Origin: an uncultured virus (IMG/VR IMGVR_UViG_3300044996_000468)
Lineage: Duplodnaviria > Heunggongvirae > Uroviricota > Caudoviricetes
IMG/VR virus record: IMGVR_UViG_3300044996_000468
Span: 1-64,000 of that record
Length of the DNA: 64,000 nucleotides
Direction: 5' to 3' (one strand)
A model generated the notes under the pieces. That model searched no databases. It worked only from the letters and a program-made list of their open reading frames with translations, and was not told the origin of the DNA. The position numbers and the translations under genes were made by a program. This document shows positions 45,572-55,473 of the stretch, one piece after another (the stretch's first letter is position 1; every line of letters begins with the position of its first letter).

Positions 45572-47364
45572 TCGCCCTTCTCCCAGTCGTAGTCCCAAAG
45601 GGACCCGTGGTAGTCGCTGTCGCCGTCGTCGAGATCGGGATGGTCCATCATCAACGCCTTCGCGAGCGCGTCGAAGTCGTCGGGACCGTCAGTGATACGC
45701 GCGAAGGCCGCAGCGAGGACACCGATCGTCGACTCGGCCGCGGGCACACCCATGCGATACGCGACATCGCACTTGTCCTGCAGCGCTGCAAGGATCTTGC
45801 GGTCGATTTCGTGATCGATGATCACGTACGTGGCCGCCATCGGGCGTAGCGGTGAGAACGTACGCATCTCAGCCTGTGCCACCACCGACGGCGTGAAGTC
45901 CAACTCGGCGAACACACAGTGGCGGGCCGCGCTGAGATCGATGCCGACTTGACCGACGGACAACGTGATACAGAGAGGCGCAGGCTTCTCGTAGGTACGC
46001 CAACGATCGAAGATGTCCTCACGGATCGACATTGGCGTCTCGCCGCCGCCGGAGACGACGACGCCCGGGAAGCCGGCTTCCGAGAGCCTGTGCTCGATCT
46101 GAAGGGCGACGTCGCGGTGCCAGCTCCAGATCACGACCTTCTCACCGCTTTGCAGGATTCGCTTGGCGACGTCGACGGCTACGGGGATCTTGTGCTTGGC
46201 GAGGAGCCGTCGGAACCGCGCCATCGCACCGATGGCAGTGGTTCGCTTGTTGTGGTCGCGAACGCGTTCAGCGTCCTTCTCGATTTCGAATTGCTGCGTT
46301 TCCGAAACGACCACTGCCTCGACCGCGCGTTCGATCGCCGGCAGCTCGCCCGAGACGTCCTGCCACGTGCGGCGGATCATGATCTCGGAGAGGCGTTCTC
46401 GAAACTCGTCCTCATTGGAGGCGCCGTCGTACTCGTAGCCGTGCGTTCCGGGATGCGCGTCGCAGTAGCGTACGGCGTAGTCGAAGAACTTGCCGAACGC
46501 AGCAGGCGCCACGCACGACAGCGTCGTGAAGAGCCCCGACGGTCTATTCCAAATCGGCGTTCCCGTTGCTGCGATCACGCGTTCGGCAAGGTTAGACACG
46601 AACGTCACTGCTTCGGCGCGGCGCGAGACGCGTTGGGAGATGAGATGGATCTCATCGAGCACGAGCGTTCCGATACGGCGACCGTTCAGCTCCATCCAAG
46701 TTTCGAGAATGTCGTAGTTGCAGAAGATCAGCTTGGCGTCGGCGAGCTGCTTCGGATCGAACCGCTTGCCTTCGATCAGGTCGAAGCCGCGATCGCGTCT
46801 GGGTGCGACGGGCTTCTTGGGATTGGTCCGCTCGATCATTCGGCCGCTGAGGACGACGGGACGTACGTCAGGCCAGCGTCGACGCATCCAAGCAAGCCAA
46901 ACTTCACGTGTCGCGAGCGGTGCGACGACGAGCATCGGTCCCAGTTCAGGATCGTGTGATGACGTCGCCGTCAGGGTCTTACCGACGCGCATCGCGTCGC
47001 CAAGGAGCGTACCGCGACGTGCACGGATGAAGTCGCGGCCGTCGTGTTGATAGGAGCGAAGGGTCCAGCCGTTCGGACTGGTGGTCGCGTCGAAGGCCGC
47101 TCGATCGCGGCAGCGATCACTTTCCGATCGCTGCCGCGATCGGAGGTCGGCCAAAAAAACAGCGGCCTCCGGGTGCGTCTTGGCGAGAAGCGGCAGATGG
47201 GAACGGTGCGCTAGCGGGCCGATGCGCGCGTCGTAGCCGACGGACGGAGCGATCGCGATCTCCGGGGTCCATGCCGCCGGGATCGCGTACCAGTCCTGTC
47301 GTTTTGGGTGCGGTCGGATGACGACGGGGCTCGCCGTCGCCGCGACCGCGGCCGATGCTCTCAT
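45568..47364 (-). CDS. SNF2-family (HARP-like) helicase
   Basis: LRSYQ, DAMRVGKT, LDEIH, ATGTP, MIRRT, VGIDLS, QAEMR. Confidence 0.9.
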   Translation of the reverse strand: MRASAAVAATASPVVIRPHPKRQDWYAIPAAWTPEIAIAPSVGYDARIGPLAHRSHLPLLAKTHPEAAVFLADLRSRQRSESDRCRDRAAFDATTSPNGWTLRSYQHDGRDFIRARRGTLLGDAMRVGKTLTATSSHDPELGPMLVVAPLATREVWLAWMRRRWPDVRPVVLSGRMIERTNPKKPVAPRRDRGFDLIEGKRFDPKQLADAKLIFCNYDILETWMELNGRRIGTLVLDEIHLISQRVSRRAEAVTFVSNLAERVIAATGTPIWNRPSGLFTTLSCVAPAAFGKFFDYAVRYCDAHPGTHGYEYDGASNEDEFRERLSEIMIRRTWQDVSGELPAIERAVEAVVVSETQQFEIEKDAERVRDHNKRTTAIGAMARFRRLLAKHKIPVAVDVAKRILQSGEKVVIWSWHRDVALQIEHRLSEAGFPGVVVSGGGETPMSIREDIFDRWRTYEKPAPLCITLSVGQVGIDLSAARHCVFAELDFTPSVVAQAEMRTFSPLRPMAATYVIIDHEIDRKILAALQDKCDVAYRMGVPAAESTIGVLAAAFARITDGPDDFDALAKALMMDHPDLDDGDSDYHGSLWDYDWEKGE

Positions 47365-47405
47365 TTTTCAGACCCCTAGCTCTGCGAACAAGCTCTGACC
47401 TTGGC

Positions 47406-47434
47406 ACGCTATGTGTGGATGGCCGGTCTGTCAA
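47406..47434 (-). promoter_or_regulatory. sigma70-type promoter for the leftward replication operon
   Basis: TTGACA-17 nt-TAGCGT on the minus strand. Confidence 0.75.
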
Positions 47435-47595
47435 GTCGGTTGCGCGTGAACGCACAGCGAATGTCGCATCGCCTACGTTGGCGGGATCTGCTTCCCTCGA
47501 TCCACAGCTTGTGGATAGACTGTGAAGTTGGATCGCGATCGTCGCGATCTGACGAGATTCTCGACGAGAGATCTCGATGACGCTCGTACGAAAAC

Positions 47596-47624
47596 TTGAC
47601 GGGCACCGTCGCGGCATGTAGTGA
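47596..47624 (+). promoter_or_regulatory. sigma70-like promoter for the rightward arm
   Basis: TTGACG-17 nt-TAGTGA; imperfect -10. Confidence 0.5.
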
Positions 47625-47658
47625 TGCGCGAACACGCTTGCGCGTGCGTGGTGGACAC

Positions 47659-47871
47659 ATGAGACACGTGAGTCGCACGAAGAACATCGACAACCTCATG
47701 ACCGCCGAGCAGGTCGCCGCGTTCTTGGGCGTGTCGGTTGCCACGGTGTGGCGCTTGACAAGTTCAAAGAAGCTCACGGGGACCCGCGTGCTCGGTCGAA
47801 CCGTTTTTGATCGCGCCAAGGTTGAAGCGGTTCACAGACAGCGTCAACGAACGGCGACGGCGGCGGGTTGA
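47659..47871 (+). CDS. excisionase-like HTH (HTH_17) DNA-binding protein
   Basis: LMTAEQVAAFLGVSVATVWRL...L.G.RV..R..F. Confidence 0.85.
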   Translation: MRHVSRTKNIDNLMTAEQVAAFLGVSVATVWRLTSSKKLTGTRVLGRTVFDRAKVEAVHRQRQRTATAAG

Positions 47872-47936
47872 GGATGCAACCAGGGGCGGTGTACATCATT
47901 CTTCTGGGCGAAGTCGTACGCCCATAGACGAGGCGC

Positions 47937-49622
47937 ATGTCGAACAACGTCATCCCCTTCCCCGGAACGACTGTGCCCGCGGCACCGCAGGCGCCTAGCA
48001 GTCCCATCAGCGATCCGGATCCGGAAGCGTGGGTTGAGCAACGGATCTGGACCATCCGTTACGACAAGACGTTCAACCTCGATCAGAAGGCGCGCATTAT
48101 CTACAACTTCATCTGGAGCTACGAAAGCTCCAGGACACGCGCAGGGTGCGCCTGGCTTTCCGTCGACGGTCGCCCGTATCTCTGGGTCTACGATCCACGC
48201 CGTCCGCGGCTCCTGGAGATCGACAACAAGAATCTCGAATTCACGAGCTACTTCTTCTTGCGCTACGGGCTTACGCACTCCGAGCCGCTCACGCGCCACC
48301 TGATCGACATGCTCCGCAACGGCGCTGCCGGTAGCGGCCATCCGCGCACCGAACGACGGTTCTCATACTGGGATCGGTGGACCAAGACCCTCTACATCTC
48401 GTCGTACGACGGCTACTGTTGGGAGATCACGGGCGCACCGATCGATCCAAAAAACCCCGGCGATCAACGCGGCGTGACGTCGCAGCCCAACGGCGCCGGT
48501 CGAACGCTATTTATCGACGACGATCGTGGCATGACACCCGCGGATCCGCTCCTCGGCAGCGACAACCGTGCACTGTTTCGACACCTGATCGAGGACTTGC
48601 AGTACGCACCGACGCGCGAGCAGTCGGGCATGTCACCGGAGATCCAGAAGACGTGCCTCGGGATCTGGATCTTCGCGATCGCGTTCCCAGACCTGCTTCC
48701 GACCAAGCCGATCCTCCTCATCGAGGGCGATCCAGGATCCGGCAAGACGATGGCCATGCAGCGCATTGCGCTCGCACTCCACGGCGAGAACATGCCGATC
48801 CAGGTTCCCAAGCAGGAGGACAAGGACTTCGGCGTGAAGATTCTACGTCGACCGATCGCCATCCTCGACGACATCAACGAACCGGTGACGTGGCTGCGCG
48901 ACATGCTCTGCACCTACGCGACCGGCGGCGGCTGGAGCAAGCGCAAGCACTACACCAACGACGCCGAGCACGTGATCAAGCCGGAGAGCTTCCTCGCGAT
49001 CACGACGAACAACCCATCGACGTTCCGCCAGGCGCAGTTGGCTGACCGTTGTCTCATCCTTCGCCTCGAACGTCGCGAGGACAAGAACGGTTACCTCGGC
49101 GCCGAAGCACTGTTCGAGCAGATCCGCGCCGATCGTGACGAGATCTTCGGCGACTGGCTCACGTGGCTCAACGAGATCGTCGCTGAGCTGCGCAAGAACC
49201 GGAAACCGCGTCCGACGAAGTCGCGCATGGCTGACTTCGCGCACCTTGCACACGTGATCGGTCGCGTGCTCTCTCGTCCAGGCGGACCGAAAGGCAACTG
49301 GTCGCCTGAAGCGATCGACACGATGCTTACGTGCATGCAGTCCGAGCGCAACGCGCTCGTGATCGAGGGTGATCCGCTGACCGAGATCATCGACCGTTGG
49401 CTCGAAGTCGCTTCGAACCAGGGTCGTGAGGTTCGCGTTTCAGATTTGCATCGCGAGCTGGCGAATATCGCGCGCGCATCTGGTAGTACGACGTTCTTCA
49501 AGTCACCCAAGGCGCTCGCTACACGCCTCAAGGAGGCGGACGCCGCGCTCAAGGAACACTTCGAGATCTCGCGACGTGTCGCCCACGGCGGCGTCACGAT
49601 GTACACGTTCCGACGTACGTAA
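47937..49622 (+). CDS. primase-associated P-loop helicase/ATPase
   Basis: GDPGSGKT, ILDDIN, ATGGG..KRKHYTN, LADR, RMADF. Confidence 0.75.
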   Translation: MSNNVIPFPGTTVPAAPQAPSSPISDPDPEAWVEQRIWTIRYDKTFNLDQKARIIYNFIWSYESSRTRAGCAWLSVDGRPYLWVYDPRRPRLLEIDNKNLEFTSYFFLRYGLTHSEPLTRHLIDMLRNGAAGSGHPRTERRFSYWDRWTKTLYISSYDGYCWEITGAPIDPKNPGDQRGVTSQPNGAGRTLFIDDDRGMTPADPLLGSDNRALFRHLIEDLQYAPTREQSGMSPEIQKTCLGIWIFAIAFPDLLPTKPILLIEGDPGSGKTMAMQRIALALHGENMPIQVPKQEDKDFGVKILRRPIAILDDINEPVTWLRDMLCTYATGGGWSKRKHYTNDAEHVIKPESFLAITTNNPSTFRQAQLADRCLILRLERREDKNGYLGAEALFEQIRADRDEIFGDWLTWLNEIVAELRKNRKPRPTKSRMADFAHLAHVIGRVLSRPGGPKGNWSPEAIDTMLTCMQSERNALVIEGDPLTEIIDRWLEVASNQGREVRVSDLHRELANIARASGSTTFFKSPKALATRLKEADAALKEHFEISRRVAHGGVTMYTFRRT

Positions 49623-49650
49623 GACACTCTCAAGCTAGGGGATCACGTCC

Positions 49651-49908
49651 ATGAGTCAATTGACAGCGTGCCAGCCGGGTTGGTTGGCGATTTTCGAAAA
49701 CGCCCACGGAGACGGCTTCTCGACGGAGCCCATCGCGTGTTGGTTGTTGTCCAACGACGACGAGGACGTGCGACCGATCTGTGCGCTCGGTGGTGACATG
49801 ACCGACGCCTCGCAGGCCAAGAACTTCATCGGTGTTGCCGGTCCGGGAACAGCGGCCAAAGCGGTGTATGAGGCAATGCGCGCGCTGCCGGTCAAGAAGG
49901 CAACGTAG
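49651..49908 (+). CDS. hypothetical protein
   Basis: RBS and operon position. Confidence 0.6.
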   Translation: MSQLTACQPGWLAIFENAHGDGFSTEPIACWLLSNDDEDVRPICALGGDMTDASQAKNFIGVAGPGTAAKAVYEAMRALPVKKAT

Positions 49909-50099
49909 TCATGCAACGAAACTTGGTAGAAGGTGACGAAATCAAGACCGCCGCGGGGACCGGGAAAATCCGTCGCATCGGTCCGATTCAACGTAGCGAC
50001 AGCAGCAAGTACGCGTGGGCGATGCTCACGTTGGATCTTGCCGGGCAGACCGCCTACTGCGTTGCGCGCGAGGACGAGCTGCTGCGCAGCGACTGATCC

Positions 50100-50384
50100 A
50101 TGGCGCTGGTCGAAACTACAGTCGTCAACGTCTACACGACGCCGTTCGATGTGAAGATCGATCGGACGACGCCGTTCGGCAACCCATTCATCTTGGGCAA
50201 GGACGGCGATCGCACGACGGTGCTCGCGAAGTTCAAGACGTACTTCCTAAAGCGCGTCGAAGAAGAGCCGTTTTTTCGTCGACAGGTGTTGGCGCTTCGT
50301 GGAAAAAAGTTAGGGTGTGTCTGTGCTCCAAAAATCTGTCACGGGATGGTGATCGCCGAGTGGTTGGAGGCGAACGCAGCATGA
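50100..50384 (+). CDS. DUF4326-like protein
   Basis: IDR.TPFGNPF, LRGKKLGCVCAPKICHG. Confidence 0.85.
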   Translation: MALVETTVVNVYTTPFDVKIDRTTPFGNPFILGKDGDRTTVLAKFKTYFLKRVEEEPFFRRQVLALRGKKLGCVCAPKICHGMVIAEWLEANAA

Positions 50385-50947
50385 ACGCACAACAGAAAGC
50401 GCTCGTCAGCCGCGAGCTGGCGAAGGCGTCGACGGCGCTACACAACGCCCACATGTTGGCCGTGCACGGCGGTGATATGGATCTGGCCGCCGCACTCATG
50501 AAGGACAAGATCTCGGTCGCGACGCAGATCACCGCGCTGAGCGGCGGTCCTGTGCGCGTCACCGGAGCTGAGCTACTGAAGCACCCGCCGAAGTAACGCA
50601 ATAGTCGCCCACTAGGGAACGCGCAAGCGTGTGGGCAAGGGAGAGCTGATGAGCCGTAGGAAGCCAGAAGGACCGACGCACTTGCTTTGCGTCGTTGCTA
50701 CAGCGAGCGCCGACGATGTCGGACCGGCGATCGCACACCAACGCGCACAGCTACAGGGCAAGACAGCTGCATGGGTCCCTGATGTTCCGACGCTGTGGAA
50801 TCCCAACACGGTGGAGACAGTTCGCGACGGTAGTGGTCGCCCGGTGATGATCATCCCGATCGAGAAGCTCGATCCGCGCGTGAAGTTCGTCGCCGTCTAC
50901 ATCGACGACTACGACGCGAGCATGAGCACGACACTTGGGGAGCTGCA

Positions 50948-51289
50948 GTGACCGCCGCGACGCAGAAGACCGGCCGCGTCACCAAGCTGACGCACGTCAA
51001 AGGCGCGATGGAGTACCGCTTCGTGCCCAAGGGCTGGACCACGCCTCCCGGATTCGAAAATCTGTGTTGGTTCGAATTCGATCCTGTCGAGCACGCCGAC
51101 GAGTACGCGAAGTGGAAGGCGGACATCGGTCACGCCCGTGGTGCGCGCCTCAAGAAGTTCACCGGCTCCAACGTCGAGTGGGACTTCACAGCGAGCTGGT
51201 ACCACGACGGCAAGATCGTCTACCGAGTCCGCGTTGACCATGATCCTGTCGAGCGTCCTGTGCTCGTCGTTATCGGAGGCTTCTCGTGA
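50948..51289 (+). CDS. hypothetical protein
   Basis: GTGA overlaps on both sides. Confidence 0.55.
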   Translation: MTAATQKTGRVTKLTHVKGAMEYRFVPKGWTTPPGFENLCWFEFDPVEHADEYAKWKADIGHARGARLKKFTGSNVEWDFTASWYHDGKIVYRVRVDHDPVERPVLVVIGGFS

Positions 51290-51609
51290 ACAAGCACACC
51301 ACGTTTCGGAAGCTCTTGAAGGAACGACTCGCCATTGGGCAGGCGCTACAGACGGAGCTGGACAAGCTCGTGCCACCAACTCCAACGGGCTACCTCCGCG
51401 CCAATGAACACTGGAAGGTCGTCTACGTCGCGCCGGGTGAGGGTCCCGTGGAGTTGGAGATCGCCATCGAGCCCCCTGACGGCGCTTACGAGTGGCGTTC
51501 GCCGCGAGCGCAGCAACTCAACACACTTCAAGCGCTACTCGGCTGCGACGACATCTACGTCAAGGCGATCGGCGGACCTCACTACATCGCGTACTACAAC
51601 AAGACCTAA
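51286..51609 (+). CDS. hypothetical protein
   Basis: GGAGG RBS; overlap with upstream gene. Confidence 0.55.
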   Translation: MNKHTTFRKLLKERLAIGQALQTELDKLVPPTPTGYLRANEHWKVVYVAPGEGPVELEIAIEPPDGAYEWRSPRAQQLNTLQALLGCDDIYVKAIGGPHYIAYYNKT

Positions 51610-51624
51610 CTGAAGGACCACGCC

Positions 51625-53022
51625 ATGAAAGAGCCGTTTCTCAAGATCGTCGACCACCTGAACCCCGAAGACGTCGCCATGTTGCAAGCGCTCTACTCGC
51701 GTTCGGCAGACAGCGTCGAAGAGCATCTGAAGCGCGTCAAGGAGGTCGGCTCCGGCAAGTTCATGAAGCAGTACTACGTCGGCTTCAACCACAAGTCGAT
51801 TGCCGACTGCGGCTCGACGACGATGTTCACCGAAGGCGTAAGCCTTCTCGCGGCGAAGGCGATCCAGGATTGGCCGCTGTACTCGGGCCAAGAGACGAGC
51901 ACGCGCTACATCAACATGAGCCAGCAGCCGATCATCGACCCGATCGGGTCAGCCGAGTCGCTAGCGATCCTCGAAGCGTGGATGGCCTTCTACGTGAAGC
52001 ATCAGGATCGTGTCGCCGAGATCATCGCCCTTCGATATCCGAAGGGCGAAGCTGAGAAGCAAGAGACTTACGATCGTGCGGTGAAGGCGCGCGTGTTCGA
52101 TGTTCTCCGTGGCTTCCTGCCAGCTGGAATCACAACGCAGCTGTCGTGGCACTCAAACTTGCGACAAGCCGACGACCACCTATCATGGATGCTGCATCAT
52201 CCGATGCCAGAGGTTGTGCGGGTCGCGCTGCAGCTGCGCAGATTGCTCCACGAGCGCTATCCGTCGAGCGGGTTCAACCATTTTGGTGGGGCTGGCGTCA
52301 GCGGCGTCGCCAACAAGGACGAAGGACTCCGCGATGTACGTCAGGAGTGGATGTGGCGTGTAGCCACGGAGTGGACGTATTCGGCGCGGTGGGCACCGAC
52401 GCACGCGGAGAGTGTCGACGTGTTATCGACGGGCTTTCGTGGTCTCGACTACGACGCGGACGCGCGGATGGAGCCCTACAAGGAGATGCTCGCGACGAGG
52501 CCGGAAGGCTGCGTGCTGCCGCACTTCCTGACGTCACTCGGGCAGTTCAACCTACGACACTTGATCGATTTCGGTTCGTTCCGCGACGCACAACGACACC
52601 GAAACGGCGTCGTTCAGATGCCGCTCCTCGACACGAGCTTCGGCTTCGAGCGGTGGTACCTGGAGCAGCTTGGTGACCCAAACAACGGGGATGTCGGCGG
52701 CCTTCGCGACGAAGCCGTCGAGCTGATCCACAAGCAACAGGAACGAATCCGTACACTGTCGACGGATCCTGTGAAGCGCCAGTACTATGTCGCGCTCGGC
52801 TTCCGTGTGCCGTGCCAGATGACGATGGCGCTTCCCGCGCTGCTCTACTACCTGGAGCTGCGCTCGAAGAAGACCGTCCATCCGACGCTGCGGCATCAGG
52901 TTCATAACGTGGTCAGGAAGTTCCAGCAGGTCTACCCGCCGGAGCAGATCGCGTTGCATGTGGACATGGACCCGAGCGACTGGGATGTCCGTCGCGGCAA
53001 CCAGACGATCACGAAGCGTTGA
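51625..53022 (+). CDS. thyX: FAD-dependent thymidylate synthase (long, tandem-domain type)
   Basis: HKSIADCG, QETSTRY, RGFLP, NLRQ, FRDAQRHR, ELRS...HP. Confidence 0.85.
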   Translation: MKEPFLKIVDHLNPEDVAMLQALYSRSADSVEEHLKRVKEVGSGKFMKQYYVGFNHKSIADCGSTTMFTEGVSLLAAKAIQDWPLYSGQETSTRYINMSQQPIIDPIGSAESLAILEAWMAFYVKHQDRVAEIIALRYPKGEAEKQETYDRAVKARVFDVLRGFLPAGITTQLSWHSNLRQADDHLSWMLHHPMPEVVRVALQLRRLLHERYPSSGFNHFGGAGVSGVANKDEGLRDVRQEWMWRVATEWTYSARWAPTHAESVDVLSTGFRGLDYDADARMEPYKEMLATRPEGCVLPHFLTSLGQFNLRHLIDFGSFRDAQRHRNGVVQMPLLDTSFGFERWYLEQLGDPNNGDVGGLRDEAVELIHKQQERIRTLSTDPVKRQYYVALGFRVPCQMTMALPALLYYLELRSKKTVHPTLRHQVHNVVRKFQQVYPPEQIALHVDMDPSDWDVRRGNQTITKR

Positions 53023-53025
53023 GCT

Positions 53026-53877
53026 GTGGCAAACGAACTTGTCAACGCCGCCATCGAATACGCCAACCTGATCTATGGACTGATCGACCCACGAACGCAG
53101 ATGGTCTTTTACATCGGAAAAACTGAACGCGGGCTTTCGCGCACAAAGCAGCATCGTCATGAGAAAAAGAATAAGGCGCTACGCGCCGTAATCGCTGCCT
53201 TGCAGAAAGCCGGGCTGACTTACGAGGTTATCGTACTTGATCGAACCGACGAGCCTCGAACGCCGCGCGTCGTGTGTTGGTGGAACCGAGATCGCGCCCC
53301 AACGCACCTCGCCGATCTGGAGAGGTGGTGGATTGCAATGGGTCGCGCAATGGAATGGCCGTTGACGAATCAAACTGACGGCGGTGAAGGCGCGCCAAAC
53401 CGATTCGACGTAGGACAACGTTCGATCATCGCCAAGAAGGCCAAAGCGGCGATGTCACCGAAACAACGGAGTGCGGCTGTGGTCAAAGCCAACGCAACAC
53501 GCGGTCCTGAACAGCGAAAAGCGATTGCACAAAGAGCAGCGGCGACACGTGTTGCATCGGGCGTCCAAGCAATGCTGAACGCGGCCACGTCACAACGCAA
53601 CAGGACACGAACGTCAGAACAGAATTCAGAGAACTCGCGACGTTCATGGTCAGAAGAACGCCGCGCACATCGTAGCGCGCAAATGACGGCTTACATGGCG
53701 AAGTTCACACCCGAAGAACGTCGCGAGCGCGCCCGCCGCAGCAACGCCTTACGAACGCATGAAGAACGTAGCGCTGCTGTACGGAGGGTGCATGCGGCAC
53801 GTACGCCTGAACAGCGGAGCGAGATCGTGCGAAAAGGGCATTTAGCTCGTCGGAGGTCTTCCACCAATGTCGAATGA
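53026..53877 (+). CDS. free-standing GIY-YIG-like homing endonuclease with repetitive basic C-terminus
   Basis: IYGLIDPRT..VFYIGKT..R..H, E..WI, LTNQTDGGEG, repeated (T/S)PEQRS units. Confidence 0.8.
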   Translation: MANELVNAAIEYANLIYGLIDPRTQMVFYIGKTERGLSRTKQHRHEKKNKALRAVIAALQKAGLTYEVIVLDRTDEPRTPRVVCWWNRDRAPTHLADLERWWIAMGRAMEWPLTNQTDGGEGAPNRFDVGQRSIIAKKAKAAMSPKQRSAAVVKANATRGPEQRKAIAQRAAATRVASGVQAMLNAATSQRNRTRTSEQNSENSRRSWSEERRAHRSAQMTAYMAKFTPEERRERARRSNALRTHEERSAAVRRVHAARTPEQRSEIVRKGHLARRRSSTNVE

Positions 53878-55072
53878 CCTCTTGGAAGCAGCACTTACGT
53901 ATGCCAGTAGGGGATGGCGCGTGATCGCGTTGCATTTTTTAAATCAGTACAACGGAGTGACGGGCTGTTCATGTCGTAAGAAGACTGAGTGTACGGCAAT
54001 AGGCAAACATCCGATCTTCCCAAAGTGGCGCGAGATCGCGACGACGGATACAGATAGATTGCATGTCTGGTGGCGACATAAACCGAGAGGGAATGTTGGC
54101 CTCTTGATGGGTGGCGCAGCGAGTCTCGTGTGCGTCGACATCGACGGCGACGAGGGCCGTGCGTCGTTGAAGAAGCTCGAAGCTGAGAACAGCAAGCTCC
54201 CGAAGACGCGCTCGCAGACGACGGGACGCGCGGGCGGCGGCGAGCACTTTCTCTTCCACGTCGATCCGTTCTACGTCGACTGGATTCGGAACCGCGCGAA
54301 GGTAGCGCCCGGCCTCGATTTCAGATCCGAGGGCGGCCTCATCGTCGCGGCGCCGTCGCTGCACCTATCCGGCAACCGCTACCAGTGGCGTGATCCGAAC
54401 TATCCCATCGCCGAGTTGCCGGAGTGGATGTTCAAGCTGGCGCTCTCGAAGCGCGAGGTCTCGCACGAGGTCTTGTCGAGCGGTGAGCGCCCCAAAGAGG
54501 AAGATCTCGCGCGAGTCGGTTGGCCGCTCGAACGGCGCATGGCCGCTGCGCGCGTCGAGCTGGCGAAGGCTGAACCGGCGATCCAAGGTCAGAACGGATC
54601 GGCCGCGTGCTATCGCGCAGCGATTCTCGTGACGCGTGGATTCTGTATCCCCGTCGAGGGTCACAACCACGTCCACGACCTCATGTGGGAGGTCTACAAC
54701 CCGCTGTGCGTACCGTCCTGGCCTGAGGACGAGCTGACGCACAAGATCCACGACGCCGAGAAGGTCTCCTACGCGCCGTGGGGCTTCCGTCTGAACTTCG
54801 CGATCATGACGGAGCAGTATTCGAAGCCGCACAAGACCAAGCTGGTCGCGCCGATCGGTACAACGTCGCCGACAGGAGCCAGTGATGTACACGCGCGGCT
54901 GGCCGCGCACGCGTCGTTGGTGCGTCCACAGCCGAGTGCGCGGCCGGTGAGGCCGCCGACGCGGGCCGAATTGCTTGCGCGGCCTGATCGTCGAGATCCG
55001 GAGATCGCCTCACAACCAGTTCCGAAACCGTCTGTCGACGAAGACGACGAAGGAGTCGCCGAATGCGTTTGA
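53867..55072 (+). CDS. bifunctional DNA primase/polymerase (Prim-Pol) with PriCT-like domain
   Basis: A..YASRGWRV, CSC..C..GKHP, NVG, VDIDG, GGEHFLF, DFRSEGG..VAAPSLH.SG.RY.W. Confidence 0.9.
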   Translation: MSNDLLEAALTYASRGWRVIALHFLNQYNGVTGCSCRKKTECTAIGKHPIFPKWREIATTDTDRLHVWWRHKPRGNVGLLMGGAASLVCVDIDGDEGRASLKKLEAENSKLPKTRSQTTGRAGGGEHFLFHVDPFYVDWIRNRAKVAPGLDFRSEGGLIVAAPSLHLSGNRYQWRDPNYPIAELPEWMFKLALSKREVSHEVLSSGERPKEEDLARVGWPLERRMAAARVELAKAEPAIQGQNGSAACYRAAILVTRGFCIPVEGHNHVHDLMWEVYNPLCVPSWPEDELTHKIHDAEKVSYAPWGFRLNFAIMTEQYSKPHKTKLVAPIGTTSPTGASDVHARLAAHASLVRPQPSARPVRPPTRAELLARPDRRDPEIASQPVPKPSVDEDDEGVAECV

Positions 55073-55473
55073 TCTACTTGGCACATCCTCTCGGCGCACC
55101 GACCCCCGAAGGTGTCGAAGCCAACAAGGCACGCGCCCGTCGCTGGATCCGATGGATCTACGATCACCTCAATGTCGGACGTGTTCGAGTTGCCGTCGTC
55201 GCTGATTGGCTGATCACGTGCGACGTCCTCGACGACTTCAACCCTGATCATCGTTCGCAGGGTATGACGATGAACAAGGCGATCATCCCCGTGTGTCACG
55301 AGTTTTGGATGGTGGGTGGTCGCGTCTCGTCGGGCATGGAAGAGGAGTGGAAGCTCGTCCGCAACCTCATCGCGAGTCGAATGAGTCCGATGAAGCGCTA
55401 CTTCGACCTGACGTGGCTCGGCGACGAGCCGCCAGCTGTCATGCCTGATGAGGTCAAGGCACTCGTCGCATGA
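55063..55473 (+). CDS. DUF4406/NDT-like Rossmannoid protein
   Basis: IYLAHP, CHEFWMVGGRVSSGMEEE. Confidence 0.65.
   Translation: MRLIYLAHPLGAPTPEGVEANKARARRWIRWIYDHLNVGRVRVAVVADWLITCDVLDDFNPDHRSQGMTMNKAIIPVCHEFWMVGGRVSSGMEEEWKLVRNLIASRMSPMKRYFDLTWLGDEPPAVMPDEVKALVA

Noticed and set aside
21079..46959. Long plus-strand ORFs antisense to real genes (21079..22101, 30465..31616, 39553..40464, 45919..46959)
   Set aside because: Shadow ORFs typical of GC-rich DNA, with no motifs and fully overlapping well-supported minus-strand genes.
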